Positions 39,114 through 51,867 of a stretch of 64,000 nt of DNA are shown in pieces; positions within the stretch are counted from its first letter, which is position 1; every line of letters begins with the position of its first letter. The stretch is from Moniliella sp. 'wahieum' (taxonomy: Eukaryota): assembly GCA_003971905.1 (NCBI GenBank), contig RSEE01000108.1, forward strand, positions 124,001 to 188,000, read 5' to 3'. The notes below the pieces were generated by a model that did no database searches, was not told the DNA's origin, and saw nothing but the letters and a program-made list of their open reading frames with translations. Position numbers and translations under genes: made by a program.

Positions 39114-40704
39114 ATGGCCGCCATCGCAGTCCAGCCCGTTGCCCAGCCCACTTTTGGGGAGGGCAGTAAGCCGTCGTACGTGCCGCCTGTCTCGTCCAAG
39201 GATACGACGGCGCAGGCGACAAAGGCCGCTGTTCAGACCGAGTCCGTCAAGGCTCCTGATCCGACTGAAAAGGAGGCCAACACCAAGCTTGAGCTTGCGG
39301 ACTGGGTGAAGAACCAGATGGAGTTCCGTACTGGGAGCGGATCTACCCGGTGGAACAGCCCACGTTTGAGGAGGCAGCCAAGGGCCATCCTGAGGACCGC
39401 CGTGCCCCCCACCCGGACGAAGAGTTCCCCCTGTCGGAAGCGGGACCGGAGGAACGTGCGCGTCGTGCCAAGGAGTTGGATGACCTGAACCAAGTCAACT
39501 TTACCACGCCCGCTTGACGAGGACTTTGAGCCAGGGTACAAGTACGCCTGGGCTCTGCCTTGGTTTGACGAGCGGTACAAGTCGGACTACTTTAAGGACC
39601 AGCACTGGAAGCCGTTTGAGCATCGGGACGTGGGCTTGCGTGCGCTGTCGCACCCGGACCCCTTGGCCTTCCTCAAAAAGGAAGGTGTCAAGACGGAAGA
39701 GCTCTCGCCCGGTTCGGAACCAAGGTGTACGGCTTAGACCTCACCGCTCTCACTCCCGACGAGAAAGATGAGTTGGCACTGTACATTGCCCAGCGCGGTG
39801 GTGGTGTTTGAGGACCAGGACAAATTTATCGATCAGTCCCCCCAGGAACTCAAGGCGTATGGATACCATTTCTCCCCCAAGCAGCACCAGCATCAAGTGT
39901 CGGGCCAGCCGAAGGACCACCCCGAGTTCCACCTCGTCTATCGCTCGCCGCCCAACTGGCCCCTCGACTCGTATCGTGCTGCTGGCCGCTTTTCTAGCAA
40001 GGGTAAGTTCTTGTCATCCCTCCCCCGTCGCCCTATATATGCCCTATGTGTACCCAATGCGTTCAATTGCGTTGTACTCACCAACCCACCTTGCAGGCTG
40101 GCACTCGGATGTGTCGTTCGAAGCGCAGCCCGCTGGCACCACGGCCCTTTTCCTGTTTGACTCGCCCAAGAGCGGGGGGGACACGCTCTTCATTGACCAA
40201 GAAGAGACGCTCCGGCGCCTCTCGCCTTCCTTCCGTGCGTACCTCAGCACGCTCAAGGCCGAGCACGATGGTTTCCGCCAGGTGGAGCTGGCCAAGCAGA
40301 GCAAGCTCGGTGTGGCCCGCCGTCCGCCCGTGAGCAACGTGCACCCGGTCGTGCGCACCCACCCGGTCACGGGGCGCGAAAGCTTGTATGTGTCCGAATC
40401 GTTCACCAAGCGCATCGTCGGTGTCAAGGAGGAGGAAAGTGAAGCGATCTTGGGCCTGCTCAAGAAACTGGTCAACGAAACGCTGGATGCACAGGTCCGC
40501 GTTCAGTGGGGACCCAAGTCGGTCGTGTACTGGGACAACCGTCGCACGTTGCACTCAGCGTCGTACGCCAAGTCCGACAAGCCCGAGCGCCGCCACGGCG
40601 CGCGCATCACGCCCCAGGCCGAACGCCCGTTCTATGTTCCCCGTCCCGAGGGCTTCTTTGCCGAGCTGCGCGACGTCCAGCCGCCGCGCAAGCTTGCCGT
40701 GTAA
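39114..40704 (+). CDS. TauD/TfdA alpha-ketoglutarate-dependent (sulfonate) dioxygenase
   Basis: After intron 40003-40096: GWHSDVSFEAQPAGTT (HxD), GGDTLF, HPVVRTHPVTG, WDNRRTLH, RRHGARITPQAERP. Upstream AQRGxVVFEDQD. N-terminal part frameshifted. Confidence 0.9.
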
Positions 40705-41925
40705 AGCGTTAAGCTCGGGGGGCCCGGGACTGCAAGTGTCCCACCTCGTAAAGTGGTCGATAGGCCGTTGTGGCAAATATATGGTGAATACCGTGCATTA
40801 CGCATTACACACTGTCAATTCTTCACGCATAGGCTGCATATAGCTGCCGCCTCTCTGTATACGAGGGTACGCCCTTTGATGGTTGTAACCTCGTCGAGCG
40901 CGAAGATCATTACTATAGGGTACTGCGAGAGGTTACAATCCGTGGCGGAAATGATCCGGATAATGCGGTCAGGGACTATATGGAGTTGACCAGGATACCT
41001 TGTAGTGTTGCACCGTGGCAGTGCTGTGAGTCGCACTACCCTAGTTAAGAGGTTTTTTGTTTTAGGCGTAGCCTGCGCCGCGCGCCCTATCCATGTAACT
41101 TTGTTCCAATTGTAAGCTGCTCGTGTGGTAGACACTGCTGGGGCATTCCTCTGTTTTTCCCTACCACCGCCACCTCTTCGCTCCATTCGTTACCTCGTTC
41201 TCGCTCATCTGCTTCTGGTGGCTCAGACCATGCCGTCTGCCTCTGCCGTAGTACGTAGCAACAGTAGAGCTATTATCGAGCCGGATGCTAAAGGCGGACT
41301 AGCTGTAAGTATCCGTATGGAAGATGGATCTGCATTATCACAACAGCTTTTTTCTGTCATATCTTCCACGTCTTTCTTTATTGGTGGGTGTGTGCTTCAC
41401 TGCGGCTTCACTCGCTTTTCACTGCTCTCCTTTTTCTGTGGAAGAATGTCAAGCTCTTGATCAAGAGGGGACCATGTCGCTTCTCTCGTTAGGCTTAGGA
41501 GAGGTAGCCGATGCGCTGAGGGTGTTGGTGGTTGGTGCCCGTGCTGGTGATATAGCGCCCGCAGGGGCAAAGTTGCTGATAGCACGCCAACAGTGAGTGT
41601 GGTTTGTTGGGGATGACCGATCTGATCGGTAGTGAACGTAGTGTAGTCGGGAGAGAGGATCGGAGAGAGGATGATGGATGATGCGGCCGCTTTCTGTCCC
41701 AACAGCTTTGGTGCGACGGAAGAATGGAAGAGGAAGCTGAAGGGTGGATTGTTGTGCTCGCATGTGGCAACACTGGCGCTGTGCTGGCGCTGAGGTGCTG
41801 GTGGCTATGGGAGCTGAGACAGGCCGAGCGGCCGGCGTGTGTCAGATGCGCCGGTGAAATTTGAAACGGGAAACTGGACAGGCCCAACCGGGACAACGCG
41901 TAGCCAGCAACCCTAAGGCAGGCAT

Positions 41926-43392
41926 TTGTATTTACTCCAGAGCGCGGCTCGGCTGCCCCCGCGCTGCCCAGCTGGCCCGGCGGGCTGGGCGGCAGAGTTT
42001 GATTGGGAGCTGGGATGGGGACCACCACCGCCTGAGCACCGCACACCCCAGCACAGCAGCAGCCGCGCCCGCACCCGACCGCGCCCGACACGCGCTCTGT
42101 TGGGGTGCGGAGGTGCGGAGGTGCGGACGCGGGAGCGTGTGGCATGTTGTGAGGCCCCAGCGCGGCGGAAGAGGGAAGCTACTCATTCCCCTCCACCGGC
42201 ACTTGGCCACACGCCCGCTTCCCTTGCGGCTGGGTGCGTAGCTACGCGCTCCCGCAGCTCGTTCGCGTGGATATTGACGCGCGGCCTCATCAACTCACCC
42301 CCCCCACCACCAGCCGACGAGGGATGGGCCCACGATGTCCCTCGCGCACCGGCGTCCTCAGCCCCGTCCCCTCGCCCCTCTGACCACCACAAACGAACAC
42401 CACCTGCCCCCGTTCCCCCACGCCACCCGGCCCAAGCGTCCTCCCACCAGTCGCACCACCAAGGGCATCAGCAGTCGTCCCAGCAGTCGTCCCAGCAGTC
42501 GCCCCAGCAGTCGCCCCACTAGTCGTCCTACCAGTCGCCCCACCAGTCGCCCCACCAGTCGCCCCACCAGCCGTCCTCCCAGCCAGCCCTCCAGCCAGGC
42601 CCCAGCCGGCGGGCATCCGAGGTGGACCTTACTGCCTGGGACGCAGAGGGACGGGGCAGCATCCCAATCCCCCGTCCGCTCGGCGAGCCCGTACGCAAGA
42701 AGAAGCTTGTTCCGCGCGAGCCCGAGCCGGACCTGGAGAGCGATTGGGCCGCCTCCGATTCGGAATTCACGTCTTCTTCCGACGGGGAATCGGAATGGGA
42801 CGATCCGATGGGCATGGCGCGGTCGCTTGCGCTCGAGTTGGAGCTGGAGCGGGAACGGACGGATGGTCATCCAACCCAATGGATCTCCACAACCCCCTTG
42901 TCCCCCTTAACGCCCCTGCCCCCCTGGACAAGTTCGACCCTGACGCATCCGACCTTGCCCTCGGACGCGCGCCTTCCCTGGACACGCAGGAGCGCACCTC
43001 TGGTCCCTAAACTCTCGACACCATCCGACGGGATCGGTCCCGCTCCTCCCTTCTCTCCCACAGCAGGAGCACCAGCGCGCCTCGCCTCCTGCCACGCCCC
43101 CTCTATCGCATACAGACACGGGCACCCTCCGCATCCGCCTCCGCATCCGCCTCCACATCCGCATCCGCATCAGCATCAGCATCCGCATCCGCATCCGCAT
43201 CCGCATCCGCAGCCACATACACATACACATACACATACTCCCCCCCTGCCCCACCCACACGAGGCGTATGGTCCTTCTTTGGGTGGTACGACTAGACCCT
43301 TGCGGGCACGAGATGGTCGATGCTCAATGATCAATGAGTGGAGCATGCTGCGTGCCTCTGGCTATCTACATCCCCTGATCGGGGGTCGATGA
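41926..43392 (+). other. Possible low-complexity protein gene or pseudogene with one in-frame TAG at 42520-42522
   Basis: ORFs 41926-42522 and 42622-43392 share a frame. Contains QSPH 12-bp repeats, a protein-like core (GSIPIPRPLGEPVRKKKLVPREPEPDLESDW) and HP repeats. No family recognised. Confidence 0.35.
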
Positions 43393-43800
43393 TCGAGATG
43401 ATCCATCTTGGCTCCAAGCTCCAACTACTGTCACGGGTTGAATATGATGAATGGCTTGCATGTGGATTCACATTGTGGAGAGTGAGAGTGAGGATCGATG
43501 GATAGTGAATGCATATAGAAGCGAAAGGCGTGGACGTGGCGTCCCAGCGATCAACGCTTCGTAGCTCCCACGGTCAGTACGCAGTCTGACTGCCCAGGGC
43601 TCAGACTGGAAGCTCCTTGGCCGTGTCCAAGGTGCTCAAGGCGCCGAACTGGTGGAAACTAAAGCGGAATGCCGCCTGTGGGAGAGAGACTAGATTCCGT
43701 TCTCGGGAGAAGACCTACAGGGCCTGATGCTCGAAAGAATGCAGAGAGAAGTTGATACTCCTTTTGCGAGACGGGCGTACCAGTAACGAAGAGAAGGTGA

Positions 43801-46158
43801 TTAACGATTCACCAGTACAGGCGAGGGCCAGCCTAGCGAGGGCCACGGGCCACAGCAGACGATAGGCGGGTGAGCAATGAGCACCGTCACGGGCCGGTCG
43901 CTGAGCCTGGCCGCAAGGGTGCAGTGGGGGCTGCCTGCGGGATGGGCGCCTGGATGGGGCGGCGAGGGTTTGGTGGAGCTAGAGCGGCGCCGCAGAAGGT
44001 TGGGGCTGAGCCTGGGCGCGGGCACGGGCGCGGCGCCAGTACGGCCCGCGCTGGCAAACCAGCAGGAAGCAGGGGATGCACAGCGCGCTCAGCCCGGCTA
44101 CCAGCACGTACGTCCATCCGGGCCCGAGTGCCGCCAGCACATACTCCACCACGGCCGCTGCCACTGCGCCGAGGCAGCAGCGCCACATGTTGTTGCACGC
44201 CGTACACCCCGCGCGCCGCCGGCAGGTAGTCCACCAGCATCGTCCCTGTGACCGCCATGAACTGCGCAATGGAGATGCCCACCAGGACAAGCATCGTGAT
44301 TGGCGCCACGGCCGGCGCATGCGTTTCTATGCACAGCCAAAGCCCACCTGGCCCGCAATCATCAGCGGCACAGCACAGTACAGCACAGGCAACCGCGCCT
44401 CCTCGAGCGGGAAGAGGACATCCACCGCTCCCTCATCTGTCCTACCCACCGCCGTGCTCCGAGTTGCATCCCTGCCTCCATCCCCATCCGGCCGGGAGCA
44501 GCTCTCTTCGCCTCTGCGTCGTCGTCCTCTGGGTCTCTACGCCCTGCCGCCGCTTGGGCTTGGGCTTGCTCTTGCTCGAACCGCCGTGCGCGCCGACGAT
44601 ACATCCAGTCCAGCAGCCGCCCCGTCGTGACGGAAGCCAAGCCATTCCCCACTCCACACGCGAGGAAGACCAAGCCGGTTCCCATGACTGAATAACCATA
44701 TTGACCCTGAAGATGCTCGCTACCGGTTGGATCACCATGTAGTAGGTTGCAAATGGGATTGCGTTGCCCAGGAGCATCAAGAGGACCTCAGGGTAGGCCA
44801 TGTAGCCCAGCGGACGTAACGTCTTGCGCACCTGTGCCCCCACACAATCCGTGCCCGGTCCCACGCCGAAGCGCGTTCCGGCAGCGCGGGACCGGCGGGC
44901 CAGCCGGGCCGCGGCGTGCCCGTGCGCTGCGTCGTGGTGGTCTTGCTGATCAGACGCCAGACCGCCTCGTGGAAGATGGTAGGCGGAGGGAGGGACCCGT
45001 TCCCGACGAGGGAGGGAACGCAGTGTTCTGCCACCGTAGGTCAGTGCCCCATCTATCGTCATCTCATCTCAGTTTGGTAAGGGAGGAGAGGCGGGGGGGG
45101 CTTACTCGGGCAAAAAGAAAATGAGGAGCAAAAGGCTGACGGAAGCCAAGATGAGGCAAAAGAGAAAGACGACGCGCCAATTGAAACGCGAGACCAGCGC
45201 GGCACCCAACAACGGACCCAACGCCGGTCCCAGTGCCAAGGTGGCATTGAGCATGCTCATAATCCCGCTCGATTCGCTGGGACGGTCATGTCGCCAATGG
45301 TACCCTGATGGCAAAAAATGTTTTGAGTCAGTCAGCTTGCCCCCTCTGCTTTGCGTTGCTTTGCTTTGCTTTGCTTTGCGTTGCTTTCCATGTCGCCTAC
45401 ACTCCAGATAGATGTGACGTACCGCACCAACGCTCACATGCTCGCTGACCCACTCGCTGCACGACGCGCAGAACGACAAGGCCAGCATACACTGCATGCT
45501 TGCTCTTCTCCGTCGCGTGGGGCAACGATAGAGCCCGGCAGTAGCCCACATAGAACAAGACACAGAATGTAGATGGGCCGACGACCTAGCGAGTCGGTGA
45601 GGCTCCCAATGAACAAGGGCTGATCCCTTGCGACAACATGAACGCTACAATCGAAAGGTTGATCGACTCGATGGAGGTACGAAGGTCCTAGACCAGCAGT
45701 CAGTTTTTCCCTGCCCCCCCCCCCAAAGTCGAAGGAATGGGTAACCCCTCCAACTCTCAACTCTCAACGCTCAACTCTCAACGTCCGCCGCAGCTGTGGG
45801 GAGGCAGCTTGGTAAATATTGACCGAGATGGGCGAGACGAACGCAGATAGCACGACAACCTTGTTGTTTGTTTGTTGTTTTAGTTAGTTAGTTTGGGAGC
45901 CTCCTTTGGGGCGGCTTGAGGTCCAGCTTCCGCTTCCCGCTTCGAGCTTCACCCAGGTATCGGCAGAAAGAGAAAGACAACAAACGTACAAAGATCCAAG
46001 CGCGATAGTGCGAACGAAGAGATGTGTAGGGCTCCTTTATTGGGGGCAGGATCTGCGGGGGGACATCTCCGCTCACTGGCAGGCTTGAACGGAAGCACTT
46101 GACCAATATCCTCTTCCGATGCGGGCGGGAGGGTGCCGCTGTCCCACGAATCGGGCAT
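43801..46158 (-). CDS. MFS multidrug transporter (DHA1, Qdr/Dtr1-like), several introns and frameshifts
   Basis: PYTS..RAWI, VLSAFVSPISVNIY, motif A GSLTDSLGRRPIY, motif C LGPALGPLLGAAL, WRVVFLF, FFLPE, TMLVDYLP, GPGWTYVLVAG. Confidence 0.85.
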
Positions 46159-48398
46159 GGCGTCAGGCACGGCAGCCGGCTTGAGCAGGTCATGCCGCAG
46201 GGAGGCCAAGAACAAGGCGGAGGGGGAGAGGCGCGGCGCGTGAAGCTTGAAGCTTGAAGATCTCTCTCCGTTGGCAACCCGAGGAATGGGCGCTGAGCCG
46301 GGACGACGGGGGTGGGTGTGGAGGAAGGAGATGAAGACGGGAGAGGATTGATGAATATGGCAGGACCCACGCACTTGCCGCACTCTGCTCCTGCCCACGG
46401 AGCTGCCCTCTCGCCCAGGGCTCACGGGCACCCACACACTTTCTGACAGAGGGTGCGCCACGAACGCGAGCAAGCGGCTGGCTCGGACAGGCTCGGCGGC
46501 AGTGCCTGTTCGGTGCCCGTCGCCAGCGCTGGGCTGGGGCCTAGCGGCGCAACGGGCAGGTTTGGACCGTGTGCGATGCACGTGGCTAGTGGCAGTGGCT
46601 AGGGGCGGCGCTGCAATGGCAGGGCTGCATCCTGCCCACGCTGCTCCAGCTCTCCAGATCCGGTATAGCCGGCACCTGGCATCGCACCTGCAGCGGCTGG
46701 GAGGGAAAAAGCGCTGAGGCGCTAGGGGACAAGGCGGACAAGATGAGATCTCACGCCTCCGATCTCCCAGTGAAAAGTTTTCAGCTAGTGAGACTGGGAA
46801 AGCCAGTGGGGGCGTGCAGCACACCGGCCCCCCGCCGCGCTTCTCTCTCGCACCGCAGCAGGCGAGACCGGCGAGACAGGCACGGCGGGGTGTGGAGGCA
46901 CTCAGTAACTCAGTACTCATACGTCAGTACGCCCCACTAAGCGCCAGGCTTCAGCAGCGGACACATCGGAGATCGGAGATAGTCGAAGAGAAGCGGCGGG
47001 GCGGTGATGCGATGGGAGGCAAACAACGTGCAATCGACGACCATCCTCTCGCCATCCGCTCGCGTTTTTTTTCAACTTGAAGCGTAAAGCTTAAAAGTTG
47101 GACTGATACTGATTTGGATTTTGGCTTGACAGTTTAGCCGCCCGTTTGCGTTGCGCACGCGGGGGGAGCATCTGCCAGATCCCATTCCCTTCGCTGCATG
47201 GTTTCAGCCAACAGTACTCTCCCTTTTCTTCCCATCCCGTGCATGCTTGACCCACCACTCAGTAGCCTCCAGTGTGGTCGGACACTCTGGGTCTCAGGCG
47301 CAGCTCTTCAGCGATACTTGTCGCGGGCTTGGCCGCCGCCACAGAAGAGGGGGCCCATCCCGGAAGGGGGACTAGGGGCACAGCTATCCCTTTTAGAGGT
47401 CCGAAAAGAGGCGAGACTTACGGTATTTACTTCTTGGGATGATTGGTGTATGCGGGACGAACTAGGGACACGGAGGGGCCTCTCGGCATATAGCAGAGGT
47501 GGCTGCAAGTGCGGCAAGGCTGCGTATGCACCGGCCCGAGCGGCAATAAAAGTATTCGTGTCTGTTCGCGGTGCTGAGGGACGCCGGGAAGGGGCAGCGG
47601 CGCACATACTCTACCAGAGCTGTGGAGCTGGACTGGGACTGGAGGCGGCGTGGCTGGAAGTGGACCCACCCCGCAAGACTAGATTGGTTTCGACGTGGCA
47701 CGGGCAGGGCACACGCGACTTTTGGTTGGACAAGAAGCTGAGGGGATCATGCGGGAGCCAGCGCCCGTCAGACAACAGATAGATTGGCCATCCTACAACA
47801 TATCCAAACGCATATAAGGCGAAAGCGGGGGGGAGAGGAAAAGGATGCTTTGGAGGGGGAGCAAAGGACGCTACTCCCGCAGAGAGAACAGGTGGCGCAT
47901 GTGGAAACCTGCAACCGGCGTGAAGTTAATAGTTTGGAGCGTGCAGCCGGTAATGCCCGAAAAGACTTGAGGACATCTCTGTTGGCGGTGCTTCAGCTTG
48001 GCCATAAGCCATTCGGTATCAAATGTCAAAGAATGGCACGTGGTTGGACCAGCGGAAGCGAGAAGAGACCTTAAGAGCTGGCCTTTCTAGATGACGATGT
48101 ACCTATAGCCCGCGCATAAATCCTATAAATGGTTCCGGAGTGGGAATTTGAAAGAGAGATAATGTTTGAAGAGGGACGATCTGTTGTGGTGCATTAGAAT
48201 TGCCACTCCATCATATTCCCATCAAGGGAGAAGAGGACAATGCGGAGCAAAAAGAGCAAGAGATAGAACAAGAGAGGATAGACAAAAGACAAAGAGACTG
48301 GTCCAGGTTCCAGCGTCAAGTGGGGGACCCGTTCTCTTTTAAAGCATTAATCATCAGTGCACACGAGATATGTGGTTCCAGCCACAACTATTGGGCCC

Positions 48399-50017
48399 TT
48401 AGTCAAAGCCAACGCGCTTGCCGCCAACGTCAAAGGTGACCGTCGTCTGCTGGAACAGCGGGTCGCCAACGATCCAGCCCGCGCTGCCCACATCGGCACC
48501 GACCACCGCAAACACACAGAGCCGTCCGACGCGGTACCGAACGAAGTCGTGTCGCCGAGCGGGATGGTCTTGCCGCCAAAGGTGAAGCTCACGTTGGGCT
48601 GCTGCGAGCAAGGGTAGGTCGCGGTCAGCTGGCCCTGCTGGTTGGACGTCTTGAGGCCCATCGAAGAGAAGAGCGCCTTCGCATCGCTCGTAGGCGCAAC
48701 AATCAGCGTCGTGCCCGAGTCGATGATGCCGTTGACCTGGCTCCCGTTGCCGGAACCGGAGCCGGAGCCAGCACCACCGGAGCCAGCGCCACCAGAGCCA
48801 GCACCGCCAGAGCCTGCGCCACCAGAGCCTGCGCCACCAGAGCCTGCGCCACCAGAGCCGGCGCCGGTCGACCCTGAACCACCGTAGGAGCCCGAACCAG
48901 CGCCACCAGAGCCAGCGCCGGTCGACCCAGAACCACCGTAGGAGCCCGAACCTGGGCCGAAGAGCCCGCCGAGCCCGAGCCGTACGAGCCCGAGCCGTAC
49001 GAGCCCGAGCCGTACGAGCCCGAGCCGTACGAGCCCGAGCCGTACGAGCCCGAGCCGGAACCGAACTGACGGCGGGTCTTACGAGCACGAGCATGGTCCC
49101 TGGCAGAGGAAGTGGAGTTGCCCGAAGAGCCACCGTGGCTAATGGAGCCCGAGACGGACCAGTAGGCGGCATTGGTAACGGGCGTGTAGGTGGCGCCCTG
49201 GCTGGCCGCGCCGAGGGTAAGGGTAGATCCCTGCTTGCGGAGCTTCATCTGGAAAGCCTGCGCATCCACCGCGTTGGCCTTGATCAGGGAGAAGAAGTAG
49301 GGCTCCTTTTGCTGGAAGGAGGCGAGCGAGGGGAAAGCCATACCACTGATACCTTGGCTCGAACCTTCGTTGTTAATGAACTGTTGTTGCGACAGGCCAA
49401 TGTAGGCCGTGTTGGCCGTCAGACCACCAATGCTCAGCTTGTCCGAGTAGACCTCACCCGAGGCGGTGGTGCCGTCGCCGTACGAGTCCTGGAAGGTGGT
49501 GGGTGTCCTTCGAGCTGCTCGACTTGGACGGCGAGTAAGCCGACGGGTTGACGAGCGTGTCGGACGAACCAGTGTCGAAGTCTGGTCCAAAATTATCATG
49601 TCAGTGTCGGCAGGTAAGGCGGAGAATAGGGAGAGGCAGACGTACCGATGGGAATCTGCTGCACAGGCGTGCCGAAGCCAATGTTGCCCACCCACAGCTG
49701 CTGGTTCTCCGTGTCGGTGAGCGACACGCTTCCCGTTCCACGGCGCTGGGCCGGCGAAAGAAGGTGGAGGGCGTCCATAGCATGCTTGGAGCCCGTGTTG
49801 GCCTCGTAGGCCTTCATGTTGCGGACGTACTTGGCCCGCAGGTGGTCGACCTCCTTGGCGATCTTCTCATACGACACATGGCCATTCGAATCGAGAAGGT
49901 TACCGCGGTCGCCACGCTTCATGGGATTTCTTGGGTCGTGACGGCAGTAGGCTGAGCAGACACGGCCAGCGCGCCGAGCAGAGCGGAAAGAGCGAGGAAG
50001 TTGGAAGTAAGGTGCAT
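48399..50017 (-). CDS. Secreted pepsin-like (A1) aspartic protease with a Gly/Ser/Tyr-rich insert
   Basis: Signal peptide MHLTSNFLALSALLGALAVSA, propeptide ending QRR, WVGNIGFGTP, intron 49582-49645 giving DFDTGSSD, flap SYGDGT, GISGMAF, second catalytic IIDSGTT, WIVGDPLF..FDVGGKRVGF. Confidence 0.92.
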
Positions 50018-51648
50018 GATGGGTCGTTAGTGGGAAGGCTGTTGGGCGAGGAGGGGTGGGGAGGGATGTGATGTGGGTGGTGAAAAGAAAAGATCAGAAG
50101 CAGGTAAAATTGCGAGTTTAAGTAGGATTTGGTTCCCGAGATGGAAGGCGCACACTCACATCTCGCCGTCGCTAGCACATGTGTACGTGTAAAGATCAGA
50201 GGGACTAAACGCATGGCCTCTTGCTCGCAGCCACGCCGGCCAAACGCTCTGGAACACATGAGCATTTGCATCTCTCTCCCAGGATTGATCGAGGAGCGAC
50301 TGCGAGCACCTGGTGCGCGAGCCCCACAAAAGCGCCTCTCTGTGCCAGATGCCTACATGAACTTCTGGGTATCTGTCTTGCTCGCCGAGTGCGCCATGTG
50401 GTGCGTCGAGGCGAGCCTGTGAGGTGCGAGGAGGCTATAAGGCCGAGCAGGCAGGGTGGACTTTGCCTGCTCTCACGTGGTATGCGATAGTGCCGCTGGC
50501 AGTAACCTTAACGATGTCATGGTGGGGAGGAGGGGGTGGGGGAGGGGCGGGTCAGCGCAACGTTTCAGATGCCAATGTACTGTGCGTGCTGTGGGACGCG
50601 CTGTGGGGGACGGAGAGAGGGGGGGCAAAGGCAGCAGACCCAGCGGTGGATCGTAGCGCGCGCAACACATGGTGCGCTGCCAGTGCTCCCCACCTCGGAT
50701 CGCAGAATGGAAGACGAGCCACCCCGCAGGGTTCTCTCCTGTGCTGAGTTACTAGTACCTGGTAGCGCTTGAACGTCGACACGTTGACATGGCATGTGGC
50801 TGAGCCTCCTCTGCGCGATGGCAACCATGCGTGCGGCTGCAATTAAAATTGGCAGCGGATCAAGAGGCACTGGCGCTGTGTGCTGTCCGCCATATGTTGT
50901 TCCGTACCACATGCGTACTGCTCGCACGAGCGAGTCGCGCGAGGAGCAGAATGCATGTTGCATCGCCTCCCTCGGCCATCCATCCCAGGCCACCCCAGGC
51001 CATCCCGCATGGTCTACACGGGCTCCCACTCGCGGTGGAAAAATATTAAGCCCGAAAGGGGTTCATCGACATTGAGCACAACCTAATTCGACCGCAATCT
51101 TCATATGGATCTGTGAGCTAGCGCGCTAGCGTCTCGATGAGCTGTGCTGTTGGCGAGACATGTGCCTGTGCCACATTCAAAACGTTCATCTCGCATCGAT
51201 CTCATCAATGTGTTGACTAGCTCTGAACTTGGGGTTCATATTCACACACGGCATGAGCGTGGAGCGCCACCAGCCGTTTCCTGAGCACGAAGACGAGTGG
51301 CCCAGTCCTAGTCTCACTAGTCACTACTACAGTCGCAGTCACATGCATCGCATGTGCCCCCCCCCCCACACAGAGGAAAAGTGAAGAAAACGTCCGACTT
51401 TTGAGCATCTGCGGCAGCGCAGCGATTCGAGGGCATGAGAAAAAGCAAACTATTGCCTCAATAATATAGGAGGACGCGATGGACGGCGGTGGGTGTGTGG
51501 TGGTGGGGTTAAACCAGTCTGTTGGAGTATGGTGTGGCATGTGGCATGTGACCTGTGACATACATGGCATGTGATGCATGTGACACTACTTGGCGTGGTG
51601 CAAGATGCGTGATGCCATGAAGTTTGATCGATGATCGGCCACGTCACT

Positions 51649-51867
51649 GGTCACCTGTTACCGGTTACCGGTAACAGGTAACCGTAGCCGGAACTGGCTA
51701 CAGAGTTCCGAGACACATCACGCGCACGGGATTGGTTACCGATTATCGATTACCGGTTACCGGTTACCGCTTACCGGTTACCGGTTACCGCTTACCGGTT
51801 ACCGCTTACCGGTTACCGGTTACCGCTTACCGGTTACCGCTTACCGGTTACCGCTTACCGGTTACCG
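51649..51867. repeat. Inverted repeat (51649-51683) plus a 7-bp tandem array (GGTTACC/GCTTACC) of ~19 units (51734-51867)
   Basis: ACCTGTTACCGG-TTA-CCGGTAACAGGT is a perfect 12-bp stem; the heptamer array is directly visible. Confidence 0.92.

Noticed and set aside
42520..42522. Genome-wide UAG-to-Gln recoding
   Set aside because: TAG terminates ATP17, SEC4, the GT32 gene and the histidine kinase normally, and the tRNA-Gln anticodon is CTG, not CTA.
39114..50017. Secondary-metabolite cluster (dioxygenase, MFS transporter, protease)
   Set aside because: No backbone enzyme or precursor peptide seen; genes are widely spaced and functionally unrelated.
51734..51867. Telomere or CRISPR interpretation of the heptamer array
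   Set aside because: Not TTAGGG-like, internal to the contig, and no unique spacers; eukaryotic context with no cas genes.
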